A stretch of DNA of 64,000 bases from a virus, in IMG/VR virus record IMGVR_UViG_3300025087_000044, positions 35,114 to 99,113 of that record, one strand, 5' to 3'. The position numbers and the translations under genes were made by a program. Positions 38,916-49,633 of this stretch are shown here, in pieces (within the stretch, counting starts at the first letter, position 1; each line of letters starts with the position of its first letter). The notes under the pieces were generated by a model. It saw nothing but the letters and a program-made list of their open reading frames with translations, ran no database searches and was not told the DNA's origin.

Positions 38916-39594
38916 AAAATTATTTCTAGTTCCTTATTGCGGTGATTTGCCCAATTGGATGGATAAGTATAAAGACAACATTGAAAAGTTAAAGCAATAC
39001 GGATTCGAGTGGAAGATAATAACAGACATTGAAGATTTCAAACAGAGAGTACGGGACAAGTTAAGAGTTGAGCCTTGTATTCCACCTAATACCATTAAGA
39101 TGAGTGATTTTCACCCAGCCATGGGATTGCTTTATGAAGAAGAATTAAAAGGTTACGACTTTTGGGGATACACAGACCTTGATATCGTGTATGGGCGGCT
39201 GGACAAATACGTGACTGATGAACTGCTTAATGCCGTTGATGTATTCAGTAATGATGAGAATGAGATGTGCGGCCCATTTAGTTTGTTGCGTAATTGCAGT
39301 AAGGTTAATAATCTTTTTAAGGATAAGGCTAACTGGAAACAGATAATGGAGGATGGGTATATTTATATATTCAATGAGGACGGAAGAGATGGTGATTTCG
39401 GATTTACTAGTTTAGTTAACAATGAGGTTAGAGTGGGTCATCTAAGAAGACGGTCTGCTCATTGGATGAGTAATGAAAGAAGTTCATTTGAACTTGAAAT
39501 GAAGAAAGACGGCTCATTGTTTAATTGCGGTGATGAGACCATGATGTTCCACTTCAACGACAGCAAAAAATATCCAGAGATAATATATGAATAG
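38908..39594 (+). CDS. DUF6625-like glycosyltransferase-related protein
   Basis: YDFWGYTDLDIVYG. Confidence 0.65.
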   Translation: MLKKLFLVPYCGDLPNWMDKYKDNIEKLKQYGFEWKIITDIEDFKQRVRDKLRVEPCIPPNTIKMSDFHPAMGLLYEEELKGYDFWGYTDLDIVYGRLDKYVTDELLNAVDVFSNDENEMCGPFSLLRNCSKVNNLFKDKANWKQIMEDGYIYIFNEDGRDGDFGFTSLVNNEVRVGHLRRRSAHWMSNERSSFELEMKKDGSLFNCGDETMMFHFNDSKKYPEIIYE

Positions 39595-40105
39595 TATAAA
39601 TTTAGACATTAAAGGTTGGATGAGCGAAGAGGAACTGCTCTGGCTTCACGAAAGAGCTAAAGAGATGAGTTCTATTGTTGAGATTGGGAGTTGGATGGGC
39701 AGGAGTACTTATGCTTTGTTGACTGGTTGCAAGGGAAATGTTATTGCAGTTGACCATTTTCTTGGAAACAAGGAAGAGCAGTTTATGTTAGACTTGGCAA
39801 AAGATGATTATGTATATAAAGAATTCATCAAGAATGTGGGAATGTTTGATAATCTAATAGTTGAAAGGAATAGCAGTCTTGAAACTGCTGATAAGTATAA
39901 AGACAAAGCATTCGATATGGTGTTCATTGACGGTTCTCATCTTTATAGGGCAGTGATAAATGACATAAGAGCGTGGAGTCCAAAAACATTAAAGTTAATC
40001 TGCGGCCACGATTATGACTTTCCAGACGTGAAGATGGCCGTTGGCGAGTGCATGAAAATCGATGGTTGTATTGGGTCAATCTGGTATAAATATCTAAACG
40101 TATGA
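39587..40105 (+). CDS. class I SAM methyltransferase (Methyltransf_24)
   Basis: VEIGSWMGRST; FIDGSH; GHDY. Confidence 0.85.
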   Translation: MNSINLDIKGWMSEEELLWLHERAKEMSSIVEIGSWMGRSTYALLTGCKGNVIAVDHFLGNKEEQFMLDLAKDDYVYKEFIKNVGMFDNLIVERNSSLETADKYKDKAFDMVFIDGSHLYRAVINDIRAWSPKTLKLICGHDYDFPDVKMAVGECMKIDGCIGSIWYKYLNV

Positions 40106-40764
40106 TAGAGGTCTGCATGTGCATATATAAAAGGGTTGGAAGATTGAAAGAAATAGTAGAAATGTTCAAGCGTCAAACAAGACAAGACTTTAATCTTAAC
40201 ATTTGGAATAACAGTGGACAGAAGTTATCCATTGACTTCCCCAAGGAAAGACTGATGATAGTTGATTCTCCTAAAAACATAGGAGCCATAGGTAGATTCA
40301 ATCTTGTGAAGCTAGTTAAGGGCAATGTCATTGTTTTCATAGACGACGATGAGCTTATTGATGATGATTTCATTGATTACAATTATAATAAGTATTGTGA
40401 ATTTGGAGATGATTGCGTTTTGGGTTGGTATAACAAGATATTTAAGTCGAATGATTACAGAGACGAGGAAATATTCCTTCCGGAAGGTACGTTAGTTGAT
40501 TACATAGGCACAGGAGGAATGATTCTTAATCGTAAATTGTTCGATGATAATTGTTCATTGTATGACATAAAATGTAAGTGCGAACTGGCAGAGGACTTGT
40601 ATCTGTGTTTCATTGCCAAGTCAAATGGTTACAAGTTAATAGCCATAGATAAAAAATGTGAACAGATAAATGACGGACAAAATTTCACCAGCAAGTTGCC
40701 GCACAATTATAAGACTGATGCTTTGAATGAGTTAATAAGCAAAGGATTTAAGATAGGAGGATAA
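40102..40764 (+). CDS. GT2 glycosyltransferase
   Basis: VFIDDDE; EDLYL. Confidence 0.8.
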   Translation: MIEVCMCIYKRVGRLKEIVEMFKRQTRQDFNLNIWNNSGQKLSIDFPKERLMIVDSPKNIGAIGRFNLVKLVKGNVIVFIDDDELIDDDFIDYNYNKYCEFGDDCVLGWYNKIFKSNDYRDEEIFLPEGTLVDYIGTGGMILNRKLFDDNCSLYDIKCKCELAEDLYLCFIAKSNGYKLIAIDKKCEQINDGQNFTSKLPHNYKTDALNELISKGFKIGG

Positions 40765-40765
40765 T

Positions 40766-41209
40766 ATGAAAAAGAAACTGCTTATAGTTGCCCATTTTGA
40801 CGATGAGATACTGTGGTTCAATCCTTATAAGTTTGACAAGATAGTTGTTTGTTTCCTTGGCAGAGATGATAAGCCTGGGTTCGATGTGAAAAGACTTGCC
40901 GTATTCGCTGAGCATCCGTTAAAGGAAAAGATGGAATGTCTTAATATAAACGAACAAGATGATTGTGCTGAAAAAGCTATAAATGATTATCTCATTGGCA
41001 ATGGTAGGAAATTTGACTTTATCCACACTCATAATTCAAAAGGAGAATACGGCCACAAGCACCATTTAATGGTTCATTCCATAGTTAAGAGGCTATTCCC
41101 TGATGAGATTGTTGAAAGTTGTCTTGACAACACCAACAGCAAAGACAGATGGTTCGTAAGCATTAAAAATATATATCTAAAATATGGATGCTGGACTTGG
41201 AAAAAGTAA
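40766..41209 (+). CDS. PIG-L/LmbE-like deacetylase
   Basis: VAHFDDE...THN..GEYGH.HH. Confidence 0.75.
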   Translation: MKKKLLIVAHFDDEILWFNPYKFDKIVVCFLGRDDKPGFDVKRLAVFAEHPLKEKMECLNINEQDDCAEKAINDYLIGNGRKFDFIHTHNSKGEYGHKHHLMVHSIVKRLFPDEIVESCLDNTNSKDRWFVSIKNIYLKYGCWTWKK

Positions 41210-42248
41210 ATGTTTTTACGAAAGAGATATTGATAAGTTGATTAAGTATGATGACTTCGGCAGGAAGTCAAGGCTCTTAGTGTCCAAGGAAAACATTGAG
41301 AGCGTTGGACTTGAATACCATGAAGGAAGATGTATAAAAATAAAAGTAAGCCCTGATTTTATTGGTAATTTAGATAAAGTTAGAAAGCTATCATTAGTTG
41401 GCCAGTATTTGTGTTACAGGGGGCTGAGTCCAAAGATTTATGACTGCGGAGTTGTAACTGTCGGTGGCATTGAGTATCCTTATTTTGACGTTGAGTATAT
41501 AGCTAACAAGAAAAATTCAAATGACACAAACAAAATCAAGGATGAGGTGCGTAAAGAACTTAACAAGCTTGATTGGATTACTAAGGTTTATGAAGTTGAT
41601 TTAATTAACCAAGATAATTACATCGGAAATAAGTATATAGACTTCCATGGATTTGAAATTGACGATGACAAATTTTACAGATGGATTGTTGGATTGATAA
41701 ACAACAACACGCATTGGGGACATAAGAATGAAGCTGGAAACAAATTCGCTTATCAGGATTTTGATGGAGTAATCGGCAAGAGAAGGATTGAAGATAGGAT
41801 TGTTTCACTTGGCGCGGATAAGATTGATTATCGTGGAAAGACCGTGCTTGACATAGGATGCAATCTTGGGTTGATTGCAAATTACGCCATGGAATCAGGA
41901 GCAAGTCGGTCTGTTGGTGTGGACTTAAAGCCAGTTATAGAGGCCGCTGACATGTACAAATTGCACAAAGGATACAAGACTGAACTATATTATTCAGAAC
42001 TAACGGATAAGAACATCACGCAGTACGGAAAATTTGATATAGTGTTTTTCTTAGCCATGAGTTACTCGCTTGGAATCCCCAAGGAGTTGGCTGAAATTAC
42101 TGAAGAGTTGCTTGTTTATGAAGGGCATGACAGAGAAGATAAAGAAAAAACATCAACAAAGCTTAACGCCATATTTAAGAGGGTTGTTTTTGCGGGATTC
42201 ACTAATGACAGAGGAAAGCGGCCTACATTTATTTGTTACAAAAAATAG
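41184..42248 (+). CDS. kinase-like domain plus SAM methyltransferase fusion
   Basis: GLSPKIYD...N..YIDF N-half; GKTVLDIGCNLG C-half. Confidence 0.65.
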   Translation: MDAGLGKSKCFYERDIDKLIKYDDFGRKSRLLVSKENIESVGLEYHEGRCIKIKVSPDFIGNLDKVRKLSLVGQYLCYRGLSPKIYDCGVVTVGGIEYPYFDVEYIANKKNSNDTNKIKDEVRKELNKLDWITKVYEVDLINQDNYIGNKYIDFHGFEIDDDKFYRWIVGLINNNTHWGHKNEAGNKFAYQDFDGVIGKRRIEDRIVSLGADKIDYRGKTVLDIGCNLGLIANYAMESGASRSVGVDLKPVIEAADMYKLHKGYKTELYYSELTDKNITQYGKFDIVFFLAMSYSLGIPKELAEITEELLVYEGHDREDKEKTSTKLNAIFKRVVFAGFTNDRGKRPTFICYKK

Positions 42249-42249
42249 T

Positions 42250-42816
42250 ATGACTAAGTACAATTTTGGATGTGGAAATAAATACGAGAAAGGATATGTC
42301 AATGTTGATGCTTTGAATTGGTCAGTTCCTCCGGATGTGTTGTGGGATTTGTCTAAAGTCCCTTATGAATTCGCTGATGATAATTCAGCAGACGAGATAT
42401 TGGCTATAGAGGTTCTTGAGCATTTATCATTCAGGGATACTGTAAAGGTTCTTGGTGAGTGGAAGCGAATCCTAAAGGTTAACGGAAAGCTTACAATCCA
42501 AGTCCCTGATTGCGGAAAGATGATGGAGTATTATGTTGATGGAAAGATATGCTCATGTGTTGAGCATAAGCCTAAAGATGAGTTTGAGGGGTACGGTAAG
42601 GAGTCTTGCTTTGAGTGTGGTGGAAGAGGAAGGATAAATCCAACTCGATGGCTATATGCTTTTACAGGTGCACAAAAGACCGGAACTGCGGATATTCACA
42701 AGAACATCTTTACCAAGCAGATATTGTCCAACGTGTTTGATGTTTGTAAATTTCGTTCTTATGAAATAAAAAGTGATAAAAGGGGTTGGAAACTAATTGC
42801 TGAGGCAACTAAATAA
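42250..42816 (+). CDS. SAM-dependent methyltransferase
   Basis: NFGCG...YVNVD...VLEHL...RILKVNG. Confidence 0.85.
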   Translation: MTKYNFGCGNKYEKGYVNVDALNWSVPPDVLWDLSKVPYEFADDNSADEILAIEVLEHLSFRDTVKVLGEWKRILKVNGKLTIQVPDCGKMMEYYVDGKICSCVEHKPKDEFEGYGKESCFECGGRGRINPTRWLYAFTGAQKTGTADIHKNIFTKQILSNVFDVCKFRSYEIKSDKRGWKLIAEATK

Positions 42817-42817
42817 T

Positions 42818-43294
42818 ATGACAATCAGAGATATTGCTAAAGTTACAAACTGGGAAGACGTTAAACGTTCAATCAAATATCATTATCCAGATGACCACAA
42901 TGATTACGAGAAACTGTTTTTATCCTTTCCTAACAGAAAGAAGAAGAAAGTTAAGATTGGAGAGTCACTCGTTGTACATGGAGGGATTGATGTTAATTCA
43001 GAGTGGTTCAAGGTTCACGGAAGGCATTACTTGGAGAGTTTAGAGACTGGAGATGAGAAGCAGTATTACGGCATTAACATAAAGAATGAAGGAGATGAGC
43101 AGTCTTGGTCATTGATGTTTGTGGATTATGATTGTCTTGTTAATGTACCTATAAATGAAGTTACTCTGAAATGTTTCATGTTTGCGGATATACTTGCTCA
43201 TTTCATTTGGGAGATAACGTATTTAGGAGGAGAGAAGGAAATGAAGAAGAAGCGTACTGAATTTGATAAGACAATTAAATCAATTAAAAAATAA
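42818..43294 (+). CDS. hypothetical protein (DUF6557-like)
   Basis: AHFIWEITYLG. Confidence 0.55.
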   Translation: MTIRDIAKVTNWEDVKRSIKYHYPDDHNDYEKLFLSFPNRKKKKVKIGESLVVHGGIDVNSEWFKVHGRHYLESLETGDEKQYYGINIKNEGDEQSWSLMFVDYDCLVNVPINEVTLKCFMFADILAHFIWEITYLGGEKEMKKKRTEFDKTIKSIKK

Positions 43295-43298
43295 CTCT

Positions 43299-44963
43299 AT
43301 GAAGATTTGCATAGTCGTAGATTCCCCTTCTTGGGCCATAGGAAAACTTGCCATTGCCAAGGTTAAGCATAACTCTCATCACCAGTTCGAGTATCTTGTT
43401 GTCCACCCCAGGGATGCAGGAGAAAAGCCGATTCAAGATGCTTTTATTGAGAAGATTAGAGCATTTGACCCGCAGATAATCCATTTCGAGTATTTCAGAA
43501 CGGCTTCACAACTTCTAGTAGCGTTTCCCGAATTGAAGAAGTACAAGATAATGCTTACTCATCATAACCAGAGGGACAAGAAAGCTTTACTGTCTGCTGA
43601 CTGGGAGGTTCTTGGCGTTAATCAAAACATCACGCATACAGAGAAATGCAAAAAGATATTGGTTGAAAGAGGCAATCAGAAACACGTTGATGTAATCAAG
43701 CATGGAGTGGATAGCGATTTGTTCATTTTTTCAGACAAAGAACCAGAAGAGTTCACTGTTGGATATGTTGGACGTATAGTGCCATGGAAGAGGTTGAAAG
43801 ATGTGGCAGAGATATGTCATGAGTTGAAAGTCCCTTTAATGTTTATGGGAATGAGAGACAAGGAAGATTACTGGCAGACTATTTCTGACGAGGCAAAGAA
43901 TTCAATAAACTTTTCATTCATGGATTGCAAGGACGAAGAGAGAATTGATTTCTACAGAAACATAACGTGTTGCGTTAGTTTCTCTGATGATGGATACGAA
44001 GAGGGGCCATTATCCTTTTTTGAGGCCATGTTCAGTGGAGTGCCTGTGATTACCACGCCTAACGGGACAGCGGCTGAGTTTGGTAAGGATAACGAGAATT
44101 GCCTCATGGTTGGATTCGGAGACAGGGAAGCATTAAAGACTTCCATTATAAAGTTAAGAGATGACTTTGAGTTAAGGAAAAAGTTAAGAAACAATGCCTG
44201 GGATTTTATCAAAAATTACAACGAGAAACGAATGGCCTATGATTATTCAAGAGCTTATAATAAATTGATGTTTGGCGACAATGACTTAGTTTCTGTAATT
44301 CTGCCCACTTACAACAGAAAGGAACAAGTTATATCAATTCTCAACAGGATAAAGGAACAGACATATAAAGCCATTGAAGTTATCATTGCCGATGACGGGT
44401 CGGATGAAGAAGGTTTTATGGATGATATAAACAGATGGAAGTATTCCAATAATGATTTGACTGTCAAGATTGTGCATACAGGCAATGATATAATCAGAAA
44501 AACAGGAAAGAAGGCATACGGATTAGCCATGGCTAGGAATATGGCAGTGTGCGAATCAGAAGGAAGATTCCTTATGTTCTTAGACAGTAGAATCCTTCCT
44601 GACATAAACGCCGTAGAAGATTTTGTTGTATTTGCCAAGGGACAGCTTGCCATTGACGGCAAGAAGAAGATGTGGTATTTCGGAAACAAGGGCAATGGAA
44701 AGTCAACTTTCGTAGAGAACTTTTCTTTCGTTGAGCGAGATGCGTTTATTAAATTCGGAATGTTTAATGAACGGATAACAGCTTATGGCGGTATGAGTCA
44801 AGACATAAGAATGAGATGGCCAAAGACCAATGATAATGAATTTATGTTCTTGAGCGATATAAACGCTACTGAGATGATAAGCGCACACAAGCGTGGCGAT
44901 GAGCGTAGAAAAGACATTATAGACATGAAGTTCTTATTATATCGTTTGAACTTATTAACATAG
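43299..44963 (+). CDS. GT4-GT2 fusion glycosyltransferase
   Basis: YVGR...EEGPLSFFEAMFSG, then VSVILPTYNR...DDGSD. Confidence 0.88.
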   Translation: MKICIVVDSPSWAIGKLAIAKVKHNSHHQFEYLVVHPRDAGEKPIQDAFIEKIRAFDPQIIHFEYFRTASQLLVAFPELKKYKIMLTHHNQRDKKALLSADWEVLGVNQNITHTEKCKKILVERGNQKHVDVIKHGVDSDLFIFSDKEPEEFTVGYVGRIVPWKRLKDVAEICHELKVPLMFMGMRDKEDYWQTISDEAKNSINFSFMDCKDEERIDFYRNITCCVSFSDDGYEEGPLSFFEAMFSGVPVITTPNGTAAEFGKDNENCLMVGFGDREALKTSIIKLRDDFELRKKLRNNAWDFIKNYNEKRMAYDYSRAYNKLMFGDNDLVSVILPTYNRKEQVISILNRIKEQTYKAIEVIIADDGSDEEGFMDDINRWKYSNNDLTVKIVHTGNDIIRKTGKKAYGLAMARNMAVCESEGRFLMFLDSRILPDINAVEDFVVFAKGQLAIDGKKKMWYFGNKGNGKSTFVENFSFVERDAFIKFGMFNERITAYGGMSQDIRMRWPKTNDNEFMFLSDINATEMISAHKRGDERRKDIIDMKFLLYRLNLLT

Positions 44964-44968
44964 TAAAT

Positions 44969-46018
44969 ATGGATACAATAAAAATTTTAAATTATTCCTG
45001 GCATTTATCACATCAGAATTCTCTTTTTTCCATTCCAGCAACTGAATGGTCGTGGCTCACTCAGTATAAACGTCAGTATGGTACTGGAGTAAGAGGTGAT
45101 ATTCTTAAAAAGTATAATGTAAAGTCGGTTCCTTTTTTCGAGAAAGGAAAATATGACGCAGTACTGCTTCATCTTGACCAGCAATGTTTCGAGGATAGTC
45201 TTTGGGAGAGAGGAAAGGGAAGTTTGTTTCGAGAGGTTAACAGTTCTGTTTATGGAGTGCCTAAGATTGTAATCATGCACGGAACGCCTTTTTATCCCGA
45301 GATGTTTCCTTCTGATATTCAAGATTTCAATTATAAAGAGTTGGGCTTTGAAGAGTCGCAGATAAACATGAGCAGCGAACTTATCAATCGATTTAAAGAT
45401 GCGGTTAAAGACTTTGATAAGATAGTGTTCAATTCAAGACGAGCCAAGAGCCAATGGGGATTTGACAATGACGCTAGAGCTATTGCAATCTGGCATGGAC
45501 TTGAAGCTACTGATTGGCTTGACCTTCCCAAGGAGCCTCGTGTAGTTACTATGATTAGTCCTGGAGGGTTAGATAGTTATTACGATAGGACATTTTTAAA
45601 AGCCGTTAAGGACAAATTGTCAGAAAAAGACATAATGCACTGTCATATTACGGTTGATGTGCAGTTCAAGTCATTCGATGAGTACCGAGATTTCCTCGGA
45701 AGAAGTCTTATTTATTTCAATCCCACAAAAGAGAGTCCGATGCCAAGGTCGAGAACAGAGGCTATGCTTTCAGGTTGTTGCGTTGTTACTACGTTCAATC
45801 AAGATTCTGAATTATTTATGAAAGACGGAGTTAATGGATTCAAGGCTATCCGCAATCCTGATTATGTAGTAACTCTCATAGAGGGTCTTATAAAAAATTA
45901 TCAAAAGGCCATAGAAGTTGGACAGGAGGGCAAGAAGACTGCACTTGAGTTGTTTTCCAAGGACAGGTTCGAGTCCCAGTGGAGAGGCCTCCTTGAGGAG
46001 GTTACACATAAGCCCTAA
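44969..46018 (+). CDS. GT4-like glycosyltransferase
   Basis: ESPMPRSRTEAMLSGC; DGVNGF. Confidence 0.82.
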   Translation: MDTIKILNYSWHLSHQNSLFSIPATEWSWLTQYKRQYGTGVRGDILKKYNVKSVPFFEKGKYDAVLLHLDQQCFEDSLWERGKGSLFREVNSSVYGVPKIVIMHGTPFYPEMFPSDIQDFNYKELGFEESQINMSSELINRFKDAVKDFDKIVFNSRRAKSQWGFDNDARAIAIWHGLEATDWLDLPKEPRVVTMISPGGLDSYYDRTFLKAVKDKLSEKDIMHCHITVDVQFKSFDEYRDFLGRSLIYFNPTKESPMPRSRTEAMLSGCCVVTTFNQDSELFMKDGVNGFKAIRNPDYVVTLIEGLIKNYQKAIEVGQEGKKTALELFSKDRFESQWRGLLEEVTHKP

Positions 46019-46099
46019 CCCCTCTCCTAACCCCTCTCTTAACCCCTCTATTTTGCTCTACAACGAATGATAATCATAAAAACATAATCCTATATCAAT

Positions 46100-46999
46100 A
46101 TGGAAGATTTAACTTCTAAAATCAATTGTGGAATCCTTACTTTCGACCAATTCCACGGGCGCAAGAAAAACACGGGAAGTTCCAGGATAAGGGGCGAGTG
46201 GTTGTTAAAATACTGGCCTGAGGCTGAGTATTTTATTCAAGGCAAGAGTTATAAGTCTGTTATTTACCAGAAGGCGTATTTCACGGACCATGCCAAGGCG
46301 TTCAATTATTGTCTTGATAGTGATGGTAGTTACAAGAAACCTGTAAAGATTCTTGACATTACAGACCCTGATTATTTGTGGTGGCAGGGGCGTGTTATTG
46401 AGATGGCCAATGAATGTGACGCAATAACCACATCAACTGAAGCGTTGGTAGATGATTTTAGAAATTTTTTCCCCAACAAGCGAGTTAAATGGATTAAGGA
46501 TAGAATGGACTTAGAGTTCCACAACGAGAAGAAAGTCCACGTTGGAGATGCAAGGAGAGTTGTTTGGTTTGGGTATTCCTCTAATTTCGAGATGTTGCTC
46601 CCTGTTCTTACGTTCCTAGAAAAGCTTGGATTAACCTTGATTGTGATTTCCGATAGGCCATTTACGGCTCCGTCCCATTACGATATAAACATAGAAAATT
46701 ATCAGTGGGATATTGAAACAGTTAATCGAGATATTATCAAAGGAGATATTGCAATAAATCCTCAAAGCAAATCGGGAAAGTGGAGATATAAGAGTGAGAA
46801 CAAGACAATTACAGCCAATCTTCTGGGAGTTCCGGTAGCTAAGGATTTAGCTGATTTGAAACGTCTTATAGATTGTGATGAACGTATAAAAGATGCCGAA
46901 GAATCACGTAAAATAGCGATAGAACAATATGACGTTCGCCAAAGTGTATCAGAGTATAAGGCTCTCATTGATGAGATTTATCTCGAGAAGAATAGTTAA
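46100..46999 (+). CDS. glycosyltransferase-like protein
   Basis: SSRIRG, VWFG, KSENK...LGVPV. Confidence 0.7.
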   Translation: MEDLTSKINCGILTFDQFHGRKKNTGSSRIRGEWLLKYWPEAEYFIQGKSYKSVIYQKAYFTDHAKAFNYCLDSDGSYKKPVKILDITDPDYLWWQGRVIEMANECDAITTSTEALVDDFRNFFPNKRVKWIKDRMDLEFHNEKKVHVGDARRVVWFGYSSNFEMLLPVLTFLEKLGLTLIVISDRPFTAPSHYDINIENYQWDIETVNRDIIKGDIAINPQSKSGKWRYKSENKTITANLLGVPVAKDLADLKRLIDCDERIKDAEESRKIAIEQYDVRQSVSEYKALIDEIYLEKNS

Positions 47000-47427
47000 G
47001 TTAAGCGAGTCTGAAATAAGCAGTTTATTTTTAGAGCGTATTTTAATAAAGATTATGAAATCAACACGATTAGAATATATCTGGTATTGCGTTAGAGTCT
47101 CTTGCGGCTCAATCGTGTTAAAGAGTAATGAGTTAGTATTGCCTAAAAACAAAAAGTACGAGTGCAAGAGATGTCTTGCCCAGTACACAGGTCTTGAACT
47201 TATGCGGAATAATAAACGCAATATAAAGAAATTTGCTGATAGTTTAGCCAAACAGACTGTGGATAACTCTACTTGTTGTCAATCCAATAATAATGTTGTA
47301 CAGTAAAGATACAATATATAACCTAGGTAACGTATTGCATTTGTTTTCGAGCAAATGCTATAACAAGCACCTAACTCAAGAGTGAAAGCTTAGTTTTCAT
47401 TTTTAAGTGGGGTGCTTTTGCGTATAT

Positions 47428-49614
47428 ATGAATATATTTCAATCCATAAGACAAGGATTATCTAATTTTAGGAGCAAAGATGCTCCCAAGATTAACAATG
47501 TAGATAATTCTTTTGTTAAAAGTGTTGGATATTCAGAAGAAGTTGCTGGAAGTAGTCAGGAAGAGTTATTGAGTTCCATTAAAGGTTGGTCGTATACTTG
47601 TATCTCGGCCATAGCAGACCAGATAGCTTCCATTGATTTGAAGTTGTATAGATTAAAGCCTGACGGCTCGGCTGATGAAGTTGTGGACAGCCCGATTTTA
47701 GATGTTTTGTATAAGGTCAATGATTTCACTACAAGATTTGACCATTTTTGGATAACGCAAGCGTTCCTTGAGGCTGTTGGAGAGGCGTATTGGTATTTGG
47801 ATATTAACAATGGAATTGTTGATAACATTTATTTTTTACAACCAGATAAAGTTGAGCCTATCATTGACAAGACTAGAATAATCGCAGGATATAATTATAG
47901 TGTCAATGGAAGTAAGATTGCCTTGCCGTTGGAACGGGTTGTGTTTTTCAAGCTACCCAACCCAGCTAATCCGTTTAGAGGCTTTGGAACAATGGAGGCT
48001 GCTGCAAAAACCATTGACCTTGACAACTATTCAGAAACGTGGAACAGAAACTTTTTCAAAAACTCTGCCAGACCACATAGTATCTTAAAAGTAAAGAATC
48101 AGAATTTGTCAAAAGAGCAGATGGAAAAGTTAAAATCTTCTATCGCATTATCATATCAAGGGCTTGAGAAGGCGCATGGAACTATGATTCTTTTTGGTGA
48201 TATGGAAGTAACTCCATTTGGAACCGCTCCCAAGGACATGGATTACGTAAGACAGCAAGAATTCGCAAGAGATAAGATTCTCGGTATATTCAGAGTGCCA
48301 AAGGAAGTAGTTGCTCAAACTTCAACGTCTAGTTTTGCGGCTGCAAAGACGGCTCAATATGCTTTTGCCAAATGGACAATCCAGCCTAAAATGGAACGGC
48401 TTATTCAGCAAATGAATGAGTTTTTTATCCCGATGTTTGCTGATTCTGAAGGATTGTATCTTGATTACACTAATCCCATTCCGGAAGATGATAATTACAA
48501 ATTGAGTCTTTACAATTCAGGAATAGTAAACGGGTGGATGACAGTAAACGAAGTTAGGAGTATGGAGAATCTTCCTTCTGTTGATGGTGGAGATGAGTTG
48601 AGAGCTAACGCGCCTGTGTTGCCGTTGGGATACGGATACACCCCTAATAAATCAATTAAAATCAACCAAGAACGATGCAAGGAGATAAAGTCAAGAAACA
48701 AGGAATACTATCAAGTAGAGGGTGAGAAGTTGAAATTGTTAAACAAGATAAAGAACCAGTTGCGGAAAGACATTTCCAATAAGATGAAGAAAAAAGATGC
48801 TGAGATTAGCGTTAAAAAAAAGTCATGGGAAATCGAGACGAAGATGGCTTTTTATCAGATAAAGAGCGTTATTTACGACAAGAATGTTATCAAGGCATAC
48901 AAGCTTCAATCAAAAGTGTTTAAAGAGCAGAAAGTTGAGGTTCTGAGTAAGTTTAAAGAAAATTACCCGCAAGAAAAAGCTCTTGATATAAACAAATTGA
49001 TTGCTTTGTTATTGCTGGACAAAAAGAAAGAGGCTAAGCGGTATAAAGATGCCATGTCTGCCTTGTTCTCAGATATATTCAATTCAAGCGCAACTGCTAC
49101 GTCAGACTTCATGAGAGAGAATCACGATGCAGACGTTGACACGTCAGAAATTACTCCTGAAAAATATATCAAGAAAGCCACGTCTAAAGTTGCCGGCAAG
49201 ATAACTGACACTACTAATAGTTTGATAAGGGGCAGATTGTCTGAAGGAATCGCTAATGGAGAGAGTAACGAAAAACTTGCCAAGAGAATTTCCGATTTAT
49301 TTGACGAAGCAGAGCAGGGCAGGGCTATGTCTATAGCAAGAACCGAGACAGCCAGATACAGCGAGCAAGCCACTCTCGATGTTTATAAAGAATCAGGAGT
49401 TGTTGACGGAAAGGAATGGGTTGTCAACCCTGACGCTTGTGAGTTTTGTCAAGAAATGGATGGAAAAACAGTATCGTTAGAGGAAGGCTTCGCAGGTAAG
49501 GGTGACGACCTTGAAGGTGTTGATGGAGGCGAGATAACAAATAGCTGGGACACGTTAGACACTCCACCGCTTCACCCGCAATGCAGATGCTTAATAGCTC
49601 CAATTTTTAAATAG
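47428..49614 (+). CDS. HK97-family portal fused to MuF/SPP1 gp7-like head morphogenesis domain
   Basis: GEAYW, FFKNSARP, IFRVP, MTVNEVR..ENLP; C-terminal RAMSIARTE...KEW...PPLHPQCRC. Confidence 0.92.
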   Translation: MNIFQSIRQGLSNFRSKDAPKINNVDNSFVKSVGYSEEVAGSSQEELLSSIKGWSYTCISAIADQIASIDLKLYRLKPDGSADEVVDSPILDVLYKVNDFTTRFDHFWITQAFLEAVGEAYWYLDINNGIVDNIYFLQPDKVEPIIDKTRIIAGYNYSVNGSKIALPLERVVFFKLPNPANPFRGFGTMEAAAKTIDLDNYSETWNRNFFKNSARPHSILKVKNQNLSKEQMEKLKSSIALSYQGLEKAHGTMILFGDMEVTPFGTAPKDMDYVRQQEFARDKILGIFRVPKEVVAQTSTSSFAAAKTAQYAFAKWTIQPKMERLIQQMNEFFIPMFADSEGLYLDYTNPIPEDDNYKLSLYNSGIVNGWMTVNEVRSMENLPSVDGGDELRANAPVLPLGYGYTPNKSIKINQERCKEIKSRNKEYYQVEGEKLKLLNKIKNQLRKDISNKMKKKDAEISVKKKSWEIETKMAFYQIKSVIYDKNVIKAYKLQSKVFKEQKVEVLSKFKENYPQEKALDINKLIALLLLDKKKEAKRYKDAMSALFSDIFNSSATATSDFMRENHDADVDTSEITPEKYIKKATSKVAGKITDTTNSLIRGRLSEGIANGESNEKLAKRISDLFDEAEQGRAMSIARTETARYSEQATLDVYKESGVVDGKEWVVNPDACEFCQEMDGKTVSLEEGFAGKGDDLEGVDGGEITNSWDTLDTPPLHPQCRCLIAPIFK

Positions 49615-49633
49615 ATAATAATTGTATAACAGT

